From assembly GCA_002245135.1 (NCBI GenBank), contig NGBS01001193.1:1-64000 (forward strand): 64,000 bases of DNA. The letters run 5' to 3'. Numbering within the stretch: the first letter of the stretch is position 1; the number at the start of each line of letters is the position of its first letter. The DNA comes from Proteromonas lacertae. Lineage: Eukaryota. The notes under the pieces are model-generated. The model was not told the DNA's origin. It searched no databases and saw nothing but the letters and a program-made list of their open reading frames with translations. Both the position numbers and the translations under genes were made by a program. Below, in pieces: positions 37,599 to 53,500 of the stretch.

Positions 37599-39421
37599 AT
37601 GGCTGCTTTTAGAAGTGATATTCAAGTGCTTAGGGCATTTGTCTTATCTCAGTGTTTATTTACCATTATAATAAGCATTATTTGAATTCTGGTTTTATTG
37701 GTGTAGATGTGTTCTTTCTTTTATCCGGTTATGTAAATACAAATTCATTTATATCTAAAAGCCAAATAACATATGTAAAATATCATTTGCATAGAGCAGT
37801 AAGGCTTATTCCTGTATCTTGGCTGGTGTTATCAATAGCTGCATTTTTGACATATAAAATGAATTTAATATATCAAAGAAAACTGTATTTGGATATATTA
37901 GGTGCTGATTTATCTTTTTCAAATTATAGATATATTATTATCTCAACAGATTATCTATCCCTTAGTGAAAAAGGCTCAATCGTCTTGCATTACTGGTCTC
38001 TATCTATAGAAGATCAATTCTATGTGTTTTTCCCTTTTGTCATTAGAAAATTAGTATCAAGCTTAACTCTATATTCATCATTATTGATATTTAGTTTTGT
38101 ATATTCAATAATTCAGTGTTACTATTATCATAGTTATGCATATTTTTCACTTATCTCTAGGATATGGCAGTTTTTATTTGGTATGTTATTGTTGAAACTT
38201 AATCCATTTAAACAGAAGAATATAATGAGTAATATTCTACTGATAATTGTTATATCTATATTATTCATAAAGAATATAGAGAGAATATCTCCCTCATTTT
38301 CTATTATTCCTTTATCACTAGTTATATTATTGTTAAATAATAGTGATAATGGATTTATATTATCATCCAGAATATTGAATCACTTTGGTAATATTTCCTA
38401 TTGTTTTTATTTGTTTCATTATATAGTAATCTATATATTTAAAGAATATTCTTTAAAGTATAATAATATATTTGTATGTTTTATTATCACATATATAATG
38501 TCGTTTATATTCACTAAATATTATGAAATTCCAATTAGGAGTAAAGTAACACAATTATCACATCAATTACTATTGATTATATTTTTTCATTCCATTCTAA
38601 TAGTGAGTATTATAGGTTTAATAAGATTAAACAAAAAACAAATATCAAAAATGGAAAGTAAGAAATTATTATTTGGTTTTTATGGTGCAGTAGCTGAATG
38701 GAGTAGATTATGGAATAGTCATGGAGATTGTCCAATGAATAAGAAAGTGATGGATAAAATAAAAGGTGGAAATATTGCGCTGTTCCTTGGAGATTCTCAT
38801 TCAGAACAGTGGTATAATGTAACAATGCCTTATCTTAGAAAGAGTAATTACATTCCTGTTCAAGTGTATTTGAGAGAGTTTAATATAATGGTTAATGATT
38901 TTAGTAATATAAAGAAAGTGATGAGTTATTTTAATAATGTATGTTTTATAGTAATAGGACATTTGATAGAGAATCAAATAGTTGAACCAAGAATTAGTTA
39001 TTTTAAGAATTACATTAACTTATTGTTTAATTATACTAATTTGATATATATTATTCAAGATACACCTCATTTCTTAATACATCCATTTGAATGTATTAAT
39101 TCTAAAAAGAAGTTTTATAATTGTTATTCTGTAGTTGATAATAACACTACACACATATATAAATTCCCAATTATAAATGATAAGAGAATAAAGTATATTG
39201 ATATGAATAAGTATATATGTAAAGATGAAAGAATATGTTATTATGTGATTGATAATTGTCCTGTTTATAAGGATAGAGATCATTTATCAATTACATTTGC
39301 AACAAGATTATCAAAAGAGTTTTTAGAACAGTTTAAAGTTTCAAAAGTAGAAAAGAAGAATATTGGAATGGCTAGTAATGTTAGTTGGTATCAATGTGAT
39401 CATCATAATGGAATATATTAA
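37599..39421 (+). CDS. Acyltransferase-3 (OafA/YrhL-like) fused to an SGNH domain; putative glycan O-acetyltransferase
   Basis: MAAFRSDIQVLR, GFIGVDVFFLLSGY, LHYWSLSIEDQFY, SRIWQF and GNISYCFYLFHY in the AT3 region; SGNH motifs GDSHSEQW and DRDHLS. One apparent missing G near 37633; no introns. Confidence 0.9.
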
Positions 39422-39601
39422 GATATAAATTGAATTGTATCAATTTTATTCGTTAATTCGTTATTAAGTAATACAGTTTTTGTTAAGTATCTAAACTAAG
39501 AATATTTTCCATTCAGGATATTTCTAGTCTAAAATTTAGTAAAATCTGTGTATGGATAAGAAGAAATTACAAAAAAATAAATAAACATTCATAATTATTA
39601 A

Positions 39602-41438
39602 TTATTCAATTATAATACCATTCTTTCGGCATAATTTCAAAAATGCATCAACTGTTTTAGGATCTGATAACATTTTGATCCACTTCACTAAATATCCAGT
39701 TTTTCCTTCAAAGTATTCTATTATAAAGAGATTTATTATAACAAATTATACTCTTATAATCATTTGTCATATCATAAAACAAACGAATAACATATGCTTT
39801 ATGAATTGATTCATATTCATGACCAAGAACACAGAAATATTCAAATATTCTGGTTATTACTAGATATATCTCCAGTTTGTCAGTCCAATTCTCTAAATGT
39901 TTTATAAAATCATCAATTCTACTGACTATTGGTTCCTTTTTAGAATTTCTATTAAAAAAATATCATTACAATAACAACTGTATAATATACTGTCCTAAAT
40001 GATATCCCATATATTTTTGGATTAATTTAAAAAAACTATAAGCCGTTGCTTTTATATCTGCGCATTTTGGACCTTGTAATACTTTAATCTCATCATTTGT
40101 TAATGGAGCTAAGTTTGGATATAACTGAGATTCACAAGGAGATGGGAATATTATCTAAATATATTATAAATATTAATCATTATTATTATACACAAAAATC
40201 ACAATAGAAATTAGGTATTTCATCAAGATTAGCTTGTATCTTTGAATAAATATCATTCACAGTTAAACCATGATAATTCTTTATCTTTCCACTTAAAAAT
40301 TTGAAATATAATGATTTTGACATTATTTTTTCAGGATTAAATGATGTTTTCGAAGCTACAGTTCCTGGAACTCGAATAGTAATTGATTTAACTTTAGGAG
40401 TAGGAAATGCATAAGAAGTAGTTAAATTAGGATTACCTCCACTGTTATTATTACTACTAAATACTATTCCACTATTACTGTTAAACTTCAAACCATTATT
40501 ACTATTGAATTTAATGCCACTGTTTGAGTTGTAATTTGGTGGAGGACCTTCTACTGTTGCACCTGTTGAACATCTAACTGTTTGATATTTATATAATACC
40601 CATGGACCAATATTATTAATATATTGTTGAATATATGGATCAGCTAATAGATCGTTTACTGTTGGTCTTTTCTCAGGTTGTTTTATTAACATTTTATCTA
40701 TTAAATTTGATAAATGATTTGAATAAAATGATGGGATGGGTTGAGATGGTTTTAAATGAACATTTTGTATTAGTTCCATTAAATTTTTACCGCTGAATGC
40801 AGTTATTTTTGAACATAATTCATGTAATATACATCCTAATGCCCAAATATCAACTTCTATTCCATAATTACGATTATTCGTTAACATCTCAGGAGCCATA
40901 TATAACGGAGTTCCTGCTAAGGATTGTAGGGCTATATCTGGTTCCACGAATTTGGATAAACCAAAATCACCTATTGCACAAGCTCCATCAAAAGTAATGA
41001 AGATATTAGCTGGTTTTAAATCACGATGACAGATGTTTTTATCATGTAAATATTTTAATCCTAATAATACATCAACAAAGTATTTCATTACTCCTTCTTC
41101 AGATAAGTGATTTCCATTCTTTGTGATGTATAGTATCAGTTTTTCTAAATCCCCATACTTGCAATATTCCATTTCGATGTATATAAACTCTTTCTCGAAA
41201 TAAGAGTCTATATAATGAACAATATATCGATTATTAAGCTTTTGAATAGTCTCTACCTATAAAAAACAATATAATAAATAATATATACTTCAGCTTTAAC
41301 ATTTTTTCTATCTTTGGGAGAAGTAAGTTTTGAAAGATTCATCTCTTTGAGAATAATATCAATCCCACTTTTATTAACTACATATGCTACACCGAAATTT
41401 CCTTTACCTATCTCTCTTTTTTCTGTATATTTAGACAT
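39602..41438 (-). CDS. NEK (NIMA)-family kinase with a C-terminal OGFr_N-like domain
   Basis: IGKGNFG, MEYCKYGDL, HRDLKPANIF, GDFGLSK, GTPLYMAPE and DIWALGC. Four short introns extend the frame to TAA at 39604-39602. The kinase call is strong; the C-terminal domain call is weaker. Confidence 0.85.
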
Positions 41439-41522
41439 TTTAGAAAATTAAATCTTATGGGGATTGAAATGTTTGAGCCAAAAATTATCGAAAACATTCC
41501 CCAATTATTTAAATTCTTTTAA

Positions 41523-41530
41523 AACAAACA
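41523..41530 (-). promoter_or_regulatory. TGTTTGTT 3'-end motif of the giant FN3 gene
   Basis: AACAAACA on the + strand, about 47 nt downstream of the stop at 41578. Confidence 0.5.
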
Positions 41531-41577
41531 CATTATAGAATATTTCGATATATTTTAATAATAATAATATAAAGTTT

Positions 41578-44500
41578 TTAAAGTTGTGATGGTTTTACTG
41601 GAAGAGTTGTCTCAGCTAAGTCTCTCTTTCTTCCATACACTGATTTACCTTGTACTTTGAATAAATATGCTAAATCTGGTTTTAATCCACGTTGCACAAA
41701 TATCTTTGTAATATCTGGAATTGGATTACTCATCATATCACCAGATTCAGGTTGAATGACATTACCATCAAACTGATACAAGTTTGGACCAAGTACTTTA
41801 GGAATACGTAAATAGAAAACGCCAACTTCGAAGTATTCATCCAAGAAAGTAATCTCCCAAGTATATCCATTATCCAACTTAGTTCTACTAACTGATACTC
41901 TTGGAATGCCTTTAACATTCTCAATAGCAGTTTGAATATCTTCAGGAGTGGCATCTACTGGTAAATCAATAGTACATTCCATCTTCTCACTGTTTGGATA
42001 TTTATAACATAATGAGAAATAACCTCTCAATGGTTTCATACCTTCCTTTATTCTTGAGATCACAGCAGTATCTATCATACTCTTCATCGTTGGTAAACGA
42101 TCTAAAGGTCTTACAAAATCGACATAACACTGTGGTCTTCCTTCTATTTCTGCTTCTGTTCCTGGTTCTTCAGTTTCTTCACCAGTGGTTGATTCTTCTT
42201 CAGTATCTGTCTTGGTGAAGTCATCATCTGTTCCTGTTCCTTCTTCATCATCTCCAGTACCTGTACCTAACTGTTCTTCATCATCATCATCTGTACTTGT
42301 GAATAAATCTTCACCATTATCATCTTTTGTAGAATCACCATCATTTTTAGTAGAATCATCTTCTGTTGTAGTATCATCTAATTCACGTTCTTCTAGATTC
42401 AATCTTCTTAATAAACCAGTTGGTTCATCATCTATTATATCATTATATGGAGTAAAGCATGTTACATCTACAGTATCTATTGCTGTGAAATTCTCAACTT
42501 GTTCTTTGATCAATTTTTCTAATTGAACATATGATTGTGGTATAGTTATCACTTTACTGATTTCATCTTCAAATCCTAATTGTATTTGTTCTGAACCATC
42601 TTTAATAATTATTCTTTGTCTTTCCATATATGGATATATATCATCATTCTCAGTTACCATTAGATTTCTTCTTCTTCTTCTTCTACTACTCTTATTATTA
42701 TCTTTGACTGGAGTTAATTGTGATTGTAATGTAACATTCTGTTTTCCTAATTTAAGTTGATTTGAATAATATAATAAATTATATTCAGTTATATCTAATA
42801 ATGGAGTTGGTTGGATTATTTCGACTCTTACACTTGTATTGGAGTGAGGTAATATATGTAATTCCATTTCACCATTATCTTTGAATATTTCTCTATTTAT
42901 TACTGCTGTTCCTGAATATGCTGAATAACCAATTGCATTCTTTGCAATAACATGACAATAATATGATGTATTTTGATATACTGGAATATTGATTTGCATT
43001 GGAGATGTACCATGAATCATTGAGTTTATTCTTACTATAAATTCTTCATTACTATTGGTGGATTTTAAGTCTTTTACTGTTAATATTGGTAATCTTCCAT
43101 AACCTGCATTGATAGTGTTTCTATGTGTAAAATGAATTTCATAAACACGAGTATCTCTCTTCACTAAATATAAATTATCAACGACTTTCATTCCTAATAT
43201 TCTTTCTTTTATAGTTTTCATTATTTTTTCATCATCATCACTAGATTCTATTTCAATTTCAGCAGTTTTATGTTTTTCATCATATTGTATAGCGAATTCA
43301 CCACTATATTGATTAATCATTATTGACTGTACTTCTTCAGTATAACTTCCTGGTAATATATCACATGATCCATATTGAATATGCTCAGCAAATGCAGATT
43401 TCTGTTGTTCTTTTGGATTGGGTATTGATATATTAAATGTATCTAATTCACCACATACACCATTAATTGTAACAAAGTAAACATAAGCCTCACCTTTCTG
43501 TTCACAAGTCAATTCTATTGGATAATTAATATCCTTTGTAGTTCCTGTTAATCTTTGTAATGCTTCTCTTATTCTTGATAAAGCAGTATCACCATTTCCA
43601 ACTTTTATTCTTTCAGTTAATCCACCCCATGATATATCTATATCTTCACCAGTATCTACTGTAGTTTCTATCTTTTGAATATCTGGATGTCTTATTATAT
43701 CTTTAACTATTACATGCTCACTACTGAATGTAGATACATTATCACATTCTAATCTATAACTTGTAATATCACTACCACCATTATATAATGGTTTTGACCA
43801 TTTTAATATCAAATTATTGGATAATCCTTCTAATAGTGTAACTGATGTTGGTTCTGTACTAATTGTATTTTTCATTACTATATTCTTCAATTCTATTGGT
43901 TTACTATAACCCAATGAATTATGAGCTGATATTCTTATATTGTATGGAGTATTTGGTAATATTCCTGGATAATTTGTATCATACATAAAGTTGTAATTAT
44001 TAGCTTCTTCTGGTTTTAAGAATAATATTTCATTAGATTCAGTCTTTGGAGCATAATTGGTACATTTATCATCAATATACAATGTTGAATTTGAATCTAA
44101 ATCTTGTTCATATACAGAGAATCTAGCGTTTGTATATTGACTATGATAGATTATATAATTATAGAATGTATTTATATAAGTATCAATAATAACAACTACT
44201 TTATATTCTTCTAATAGTTTAGTAAATTCTTCACTTGTTATATTCACTGGAATACACATTTCTTTTGTCTGTTTCTTATTATTATTTTCTTCTGTAATTA
44301 ATAATTTAAAGTAAAATGATGTAATTTTGGGAGATGCTGATCTTCTCAACATAATGTGTTCTGTTGTTGGAGGAGAACCAATTAAGGTTGAATATGGTAA
44401 TATTTTGTATGGATAAATTATATTAATTTCTAATCCAAGAGATGTTATTGATGATGGTTGAACTGTGAATGTTTTTAAATCAAATTGTCTAGAAATAAAT

Positions 44501-47500
44501 AATAACTCTATTTCTTTACCAATCATTGATGTAGAAAATGCTTTAACAAACACACCTTCTTCATCATTTTCTTCTTCTATCAAACTGAACTTTATATTTT
44601 CATCATTTTCTAAATGTAAAGTTACTATATTCAACTTATTTTCTACTCCTATCACAGTGAATTTATAATCTGATATATATATCACACTATCATTATGAAT
44701 ATTATCAAGTGAACTACAGTGTAATTCGAATGTTAAGTTTGATTTATGATATAATTTATATACACCATTCAATTGCTCTTTTATCTTATCAACAAATACC
44801 AAGACTTTACCAACAACATCCATTTCTTTAAGTGAATTCTCAATAGAAGATTCATCCATATAATCTATTCTAATATCTTTTGAATATTCATCACCAATTC
44901 TAAATCTGAAAGAACCTTCTATTTGTGATGCTGCTTTAAATACTACTTTAATAGGTCTAATAACATTCACATTTGTATAAACAAAACTACTTTCTACATA
45001 CAAATCAAATGATTCATATTCAGTAAAGAATACTATATCATATCTCAATACATCACCTACTAATGTTCTCTTGATCATAGTATGAATATGATATGTGGAT
45101 AAAAACAATTGTTGTAATTCAATTGATGATATAAGTGGAGATATTCCATATATTGCAGTGTTATTATAATATATTGTAAATGTACCTGTACTATCTCTAT
45201 TACTAATATATGGTGATAATATTATTGTTTGTACATCTTTTCTATCATGACAGGATATATCCATATTTATATTCTTATCTAAATATGTTGGACATGATTC
45301 AGTATTGTAAGGTATATATTTATAACCATATAAATCAGCTTTATTACCTTCAGCAAACAATGATTCTGTAGTGATATATCTGTTATTAATCAATTCTAAT
45401 TCATAAACTGTATCTATTACTGTATCGTCATATTCAATTATCCATCTATATGACTTATCAACTGTATTAATTGTCTTTTGTACTGTTACATGACCAATTG
45501 GTTCTAAATTCATTAATACATTGGCTATTTCAACTTCACTTGCATTTACATCAAATGGATATGATATATACTCATCATATTTAAACTGAATATTACCACT
45601 TGGATATTCATTCAATACATCAGTTGATTTGATTATAATAATTTGTTTTGGATATACAAAACTATCATCTGGAGTTCTATACCATTCTATTCTATATTGG
45701 TCAACATTTTCATCATTAATTTCATTTTTATTATTACCAAAGAACAATTCTAATTCTGTTTCACTTCTTATTGTATAATCTATATTACTCAATTGTCTTG
45801 GCTTTGTTCCTATTTCATATGAAATTGGTTTTATTCCTCTTCCAATATTTTGTATTGTATCTGATGAATCACTATTTACTCCATATGTATTAGTTACATA
45901 TGATTTTATATATACTGATTTACCAACAGTTTCATTATGAATTAAATAGGAACTCTGTGGGTAAATACCTCTTTGAATTTCTTCAACATAACATCTCTTA
46001 ATACATTCAGAATCTGTACTACATTTCAATAATGGTAAATCACCTGTATTATCAATAAATGTAATCATATAAACACGTCCATTTGTACTATAATCTATAG
46101 TAATTTCAACTTTACCAATATTGGATGATTTCTCTAATTCTTGTCTTAATTCATCAATATTTGTCTTTAATTCATATTCCACTTCACTAATTTCATTATC
46201 ATTATCATCATAACTTCAGTTTAATAATTCCATTACAATTATCAAAATCATCAGATTCTACATTAATTGATTGAATTTCATATTGTTTAGCTGTTAATGG
46301 TATTGTATAATTATACAATTTTGGTATTTCTCCATTCTTTACTAATTTCACATCAAAGTTACCATTATTTGATTGTATTTCTATATCACTCATATTTATT
46401 TGTCCATAGTAAGATGTAAATGTAACAAACCATATATATTCATTAATATTCGATGGACCATATCTTTCTACATTTACTGTACCAACTGCATCTAATTTTT
46501 CTATTGTATTCTTCACTGTAAATGCATCTGCATTGAATGGAATTGGATCTGTTCTTTGTTTTACATATATTAATGATCCAATTAAATCATCTTCACATTT
46601 CTCTATTTTATCATCTTCAATTTGAATATAAGCTTTTCCATTAATATAGAATATGTCAGAAATGATATAATCAGATAATTCTGTTTCTTCAATTGTTAAT
46701 GAACCATTATCACATTTAGTTATTTGACCAATTAAATTGCTTCTTCTATATATTACATCATTCTCATTGACAGTATTGGCTAAACCTCTTGTTAATTTAA
46801 CTATATCTCCTGTAATTGATAAAACTACATATTCATCATCATTAATTCTAATCTCTTCATTTTCAAATAATGTTTTATCTGAATTCCTTGTAGTTATTAA
46901 TTTAATCTCATTTTTACCTCTTATTCCTTTAGCTTTAAGATTAGTTTCTATATAATTACCAATAACATTAAAGCCAATATTGAATTGTTGACCATTCAAA
47001 TAATCAGTAACACCAATTGTAGATTGTGAATATATTTGAATAACTGGTAATTCTAAACCATTCGAACCTCTCTGTAATTCAATTATCTTTACTGTTGGAT
47101 TATTATTAGCATCATTATTATTACATCCTTCTGATGTTGTAGTCATTAATAACACATTCTTATTATCAGAATAAACACTAACAAATTCAACGAAATAACC
47201 ATTATTATGTGAAGTAACATTGACATCTTTGATACTTGGCAATAATGCTAATTCTTGTCTGATTGTTTCACTGTTATTATATTCCATTGTAATACAACTT
47301 GTAGAATATCCTTCAAATTTAATTCTATATTTCAATCCAATCTCTTCTTTCTTATAGATAATAGATTGTATTTCATTGATTTCTATATTATATTGAATTG
47401 TTACACTCTCCACAGCTGCACCATTTGAACCTTGTGGATTATTAATATCAGGTATTGATATATTGATATATATATTATGATCAGAATATGTATATAAATT

Positions 47501-50500
47501 ACCAGATGGAGTAATTGGCTTACCATATGCTCTATATGGATATGGTGTTGTATAGATTTCACCTATTCTACCACTCTCACTAACTGAGTATAATCTGAAG
47601 TAATATTCTAATCCTGGTATTAAATAAGAAACTACAGCTTTGTATCTATTATTTATTATTATTATTATTATTATTAGTATTTTCTTCTAATAATAATCGA
47701 TTATCAGTTGATGTTTCTGGTTTTGTTGTTGTTGTTGTTGCTAATACTGTCATTGATCCTAATGGTTTTATTTCTTCAGCTGTACAATCACTCTCTTCAT
47801 TATCTTCACTACTAGTATTATTATCATAATCAATAAATGAACAGTTATATGAGAATGATATAGATGGATCATATTCTACTACATAATAACTAATTGGATC
47901 AGATGTATTAATATAAGATGGAGAATTCCATTGTAATTCTATTGTTGTACCATCAACAACAATAATTTCAATATTCTGAGGACGAGATGAAGATGATTTG
48001 TTTTTCATTTGGTGTATAAGTGATTGAATTTCGTAAAGGTGATATATGATCTGTATAAGATTGAACAACACATGTAGGATGGCTCATTGATATTTGATTC
48101 ATAATCAAAATGATAATAACTTTGACCTCTTTGTAATGGTTTCTTACTATCTATTGCTATTATTGTATCACTAACTACTTCATTATCTATTAATAATCCT
48201 GTACTAATCACTTCTAAATATCCTTCAATATCACCATTATAATAGATATCTTCATATTGAACATCCCATATATAACCATTATCTATATTTGTTCTTCTTA
48301 CTATTACTTTATCTATTGTGGAAATTGATTGTAATGCTTCTTCTAATATTGTTGAAGCTGCATTGTATGGTATTGCTGTTGATATTTCATTATGGAACTT
48401 CAAATAGAATGAACCTGACAATTTACTATATTCATTAGTATATAATGTTATTCTATCAATATGTGGAATATATAATATTGAATTAGCTGATATATAATTC
48501 ACTTGATTATTACACATCACAACATATAATGTTATTGGATTTCCACCATCATTCTGAGACTTTGAGAAACTAAATCTTAATCTTTCCGATGATAATGGTA
48601 TTAATGATAATTGTTTTGGTGGATAAGCATCAGTTGGTTTAACTATTATACTCTTTATATCAGAATAACCACTACAATATAATATATTACAAGCAGATAA
48701 TCTGAAGTAATATTCAGCAGTTTCATTCAATTCAGTCAAATGATATTCTTCAGTTTCATATAATGATAATCCAGCAATTACTTCACTTTGAGCTCTTAGA
48801 TAATGTGCATTAAAGAATAATTTCTGTGGTTCAACAGCTGATGTTTGTGTTATTAACCATTTATAACCATTATTATATTCCATTTCAGTAATTTCAATTG
48901 CACCAATGATCTGTAATTGTTCTAACGCATTGATTATATCATTCTTAGTGATATTTTCATGTTGAATTGGTATTGTTCTTGTCTTTAAGTATAATGGATA
49001 AATATTATTATAAACATCACCACTTACTCTATATTTTGACTTCAATTTATAATCATAATACTCACCTAATATAAAGCTATCTCCAATCTTATCAGTATTA
49101 TTATCATAAACAGTAAATTGTGATAATGGATTAATTGGATCTCCTAAACTTATATAATCACCAGGCAATAATTTATATTCTGATTCGGTTGTATATTCAA
49201 CAATTTGTTTTGTTTCTTCATCTAGTTTTGCAGTTCCATAGAATGTATTTAATCTTAATAAATAGCCATAATTAACTTCATCTTCTTTTGTTAATGTATA
49301 TTTAACATTTGGTTGATCTAATTCACATACAACTATCATTCTACTTACTAATTCATCATTACCTGAATAAAGGAAATTGTCACTTACTTCATCAATAACT
49401 GGAGATGTACAAACTCTATATTCTTTACCATTTACATTTATATATTCTGTTGGATATACAGTTACATTCACTTCTGTGATTATTTCAAAGTAATTATTAC
49501 CACTTTCTCCTTTTATACAATTCTTACATAAAGGTTTTTCTATATTATAATTCTTATTGTCATAATTATTATCACCTACGTACAAATAGAATGGATTATG
49601 TATTTGTGAACGAGTTGAACTACTGATTAATGTATAAACTCTTCTATTTACTGGTAATCTAATCTGAGTTGTACTGTTTTCATTGAAATCATCTGTTAAT
49701 GAATAATCTAATTTATAATATTCTATTTCACTTCCTCCATTATTCACGTTATTATCATATTTCACTATAACTGAAGTTTTATTATAATTTTCTAAGTATA
49801 TAACAGGTGTTGATGGTGTTCTAATGAATTTGATGATTATTGAATCACTTGGTTCACTCAAGCCAAATATATTATGTCCTGAAACTCTGCACCAATATTC
49901 TACACCAATTTCTAATCTTTCTAATAATGTGGTTGTTTCTTCAGATTCTTTAGTTTCATATCCTACTGGATAAATACCTTTTTCTCTTAATGTAATAATA
50001 GCAACAGCTGTATTATCTACTTTAATGTCATTAATATTATCCTTATAATCATAATGTAATGTAATTAAATATTTAATTGATTTACTATCAGTATTTTCTT
50101 TACTTCTTTCAATTGATACTGATCTAATACTTGGTAATAGATTCAATGCAGTTTGAATATCACTCATTGCATATTCTTTATACAATCTATAAGTAGAATA
50201 ATTACCAACTGTAATAATAAATGGATTATCATTACTCATAATCTCCAATTCAATCATTCTTTCAACACCATGTGGAATACTTGTAACATTATCAACTGGA
50301 TAATATTCAATATAATAACTATCAACATTATAAGGTAAGTAAGGAGCATTCCAATTCAATGTAACTGATGAATCACTCTTATATGTATATTTCAAATATG
50401 TTGGTTGATCTAATATATCTATTGGAACTAATGATTGTGGTGTTGAATATTGGTAATCACTGAATGACATAATGTTGTTAGTAACAACTCTTATATAATA

Positions 50501-53500
50501 TCTAGAACCATGCTTTAGATTAGTAATGAAATGATAAAACTTTGTTATTGTTACTTTATCACTCTTTAAGAATTGTGGTGAAGTACTCCATTCAATTGTA
50601 TATGATACATTTTTACCTGTATAAATAGGTTCATCGAATTGTACAAACAATGTATCTTTATTAACATAATATAACTCCAAGTTTCTTACTGGATCTGGAC
50701 CTTGAGGTATTGTTGAGAATTGCTTAACATCTGATATTTCGCCATAATCCTAATGGTGAATGTGGGAATACTCTGATATAATATTTATATAAAGATGAAA
50801 GATTTGATATTCTTGTTGTAAATGGAGCAATTTCATTGGGTAATACTGAATAAACTATTCTTTGATAATCTGTATATGCTGGAATACTATATTTGTCGAT
50901 TATTGTAATGTTATTCTCACAGTTTTCATCTAATTTATCATGATAACATGCAATTGTTACATTAAAATCATTATCTCTTATATTATAATACATAATCTGA
51001 TATTCATCACTATCTCCTGTTATATTTACAAAACCAATACTTGCAATATTATTTATCTCTTGTTGAAGTATATCAAAGTCCATATTAGATGTTAATAATG
51101 TCGTATATTCACTATCATTGAACAATAATCTATATCTACTAACACCCTCAATTCCATGTGTTAAATAACTAAATTCATCAAATGAAACATTTGATATTTC
51201 TATCAAATAACTATCAATAATTCCACCTTCTGGATTTAATGGTGAATAAATAACAATATCCATTGAAGAACTTTGACATTTCTTATCACAGTCGTTTACT
51301 GGTATTACACTATAACCTGTTTTCTTTGATTTACTCATTGGAGTCATATTTCCATAAACATATTCACCATAGCCAAGTGAATTTAATACTCTTATTCTTG
51401 TATATATTGTTTCACCAGGTATTAAATTGGATATTATTTGTTGATAAGTTGTTGGTGTTGTTGTTGATGATGATGATGAATTTGAACTAACTAAAAGTCT
51501 TATTTTTTCTTCTTCCTCTTCATTATTTGCTTGCATTTACTATTACTTGTAATCTTGTATATTCATTGAAATTTTCATTATTAGAATAATCTAATTCAAA
51601 ATATTCAGGTACAACACCACTTTCTCGGTTAACATAATCCCAACTAATCATAAATGATGTAGAGTTGAATTTATTTGGATAAGAATCTTCATTATAATTA
51701 TTACCAATTGTATAATTCTCCACTTTTGATGGAATTTGTCTTGGAATAACTACTTCTTGACATTCACTTATAGATTCTGGACAAATCGCAATACCTAAAT
51801 TACTGGGTAATGATTCATATCCATTGTAGGCAGTTATTGTTATATTATATTCACTACCAGGTTCTGATATAGTAATATTACCATTACAATCAGTTTTATT
51901 ACATATTACATCACTTGCACTTATATTATAATTCTCTTCATCATCATCAACAATACAATAAACTTTATAATATGTAATATCATTACCATTATCTTTAATA
52001 TCATTATTCCAGTATAATATCAAATTCTCTTTATTGTTTATATCAGGTAAAACTCTTAAATTATTTGGTCTTGATGGAGATGCTGTTGGTTTGGCACTCT
52101 TTGGTTCTGTTGCTTCTCCTTTACCAATTTCAGTGATTACACTTAGTCTAATATAATAATCTTTACCTGGAACTAATGTATTTTTATTTATCACTAATTC
52201 TGTAGTTATTTTAATATTTTCACTTGTTATTGTTATACCTTCATCCTCTAAATTCATATATTCTATTGTTATTGTTGCAATAGTGTTATTGACAAACATT
52301 TTGACTGTTTTATTCAAATAATCTTTCAACTGTTCATCATTAACAGATGGGAAAGTAAAGCTCTTTTTATCAGTTCCTTTCTTAATTGTAAATGAATTAT
52401 CTATTATATCCTCTAAAGTAATCATTGTTACATCATTTCCTAATCTAAACATACATCCATCAATACATTGATTCTCATCTTTAGATACAATATAATCAAA
52501 TGAACCATCAACTTCATCACATCTTTCATCTCCACACCATTCTATTAAATATTTAACTATTTCTTTACCACCATTTATATCAGCAAAACCATCTTTATTG
52601 TGTTTTGGGGCTTCAAAATATACGTTAATTACATCAGGAGTTTCAGGTAAAATGGTTAAATTAAATACTTCAACCATTGGTGGTAATTTAAATGTTGGTT
52701 TATCTGATGAAGATGATTGCTCTGTATAAACATAATGACTGAAGAAGACAATTCCACTTTCTTCAATAATATTATATGAACAAACTCTAACATAATAAAC
52801 AACATTATCTGTTAATCCTTCTATTTGATATTCAGTACTACTACTATCATTTACATAACTATAATGATAATCAGATTGGAATAATGGATCTGATGAATAT
52901 TCAACTAAGTAACCACTAACATCTTTATACTCTTCAATCATATCCCATCTTAATCCAATACTATTTGAATTAACAATAACACCACTCAAATTAACAACTG
53001 GTGATGGATTTGATTTATATAAATATATTCCATTCACATTGAACTTATAAGCTCTGATTGAGAGAGTTACATTGCTATTATCTTCATCTTCATCATTAGG
53101 TGTTGCTAATACATTTTCAAGTCTTCTATTACCATCAGTTGGTTTATTTTCTTCTATTTCATTATCTCCATAACATTCACCATTCTCATTATAATAATAG
53201 ATAATATAAATATATAATCCATCTTGCAGTGGTGGATATTTCTTTATTGTCATACTTGTATTCTTTGGTATATCATAATCATCATTTAATTTCTCAATTA
53301 TTCTATCATTTGTCATATCATCTCCTAACAAGTAAAAACCACAATTCAATCCATCAGTATATACTGTAGCAACTGTTGGATCACTATAACCAATTTGTGT
53401 GAATGATAACACTCTTACATAATAGTAATTATTTGGTGCTAAACCACTAACAAGATAAGAGAATGAATCATCTTCAGGATTTATATCATTATAACAATAA

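Noticed and set aside
37599..39421. Bacterial contamination or chimeric contig
   Set aside because: Base composition matches the flanks, the gene lies between intron-containing eukaryotic genes, and no operon context is visible. Read-level confirmation is still advisable.
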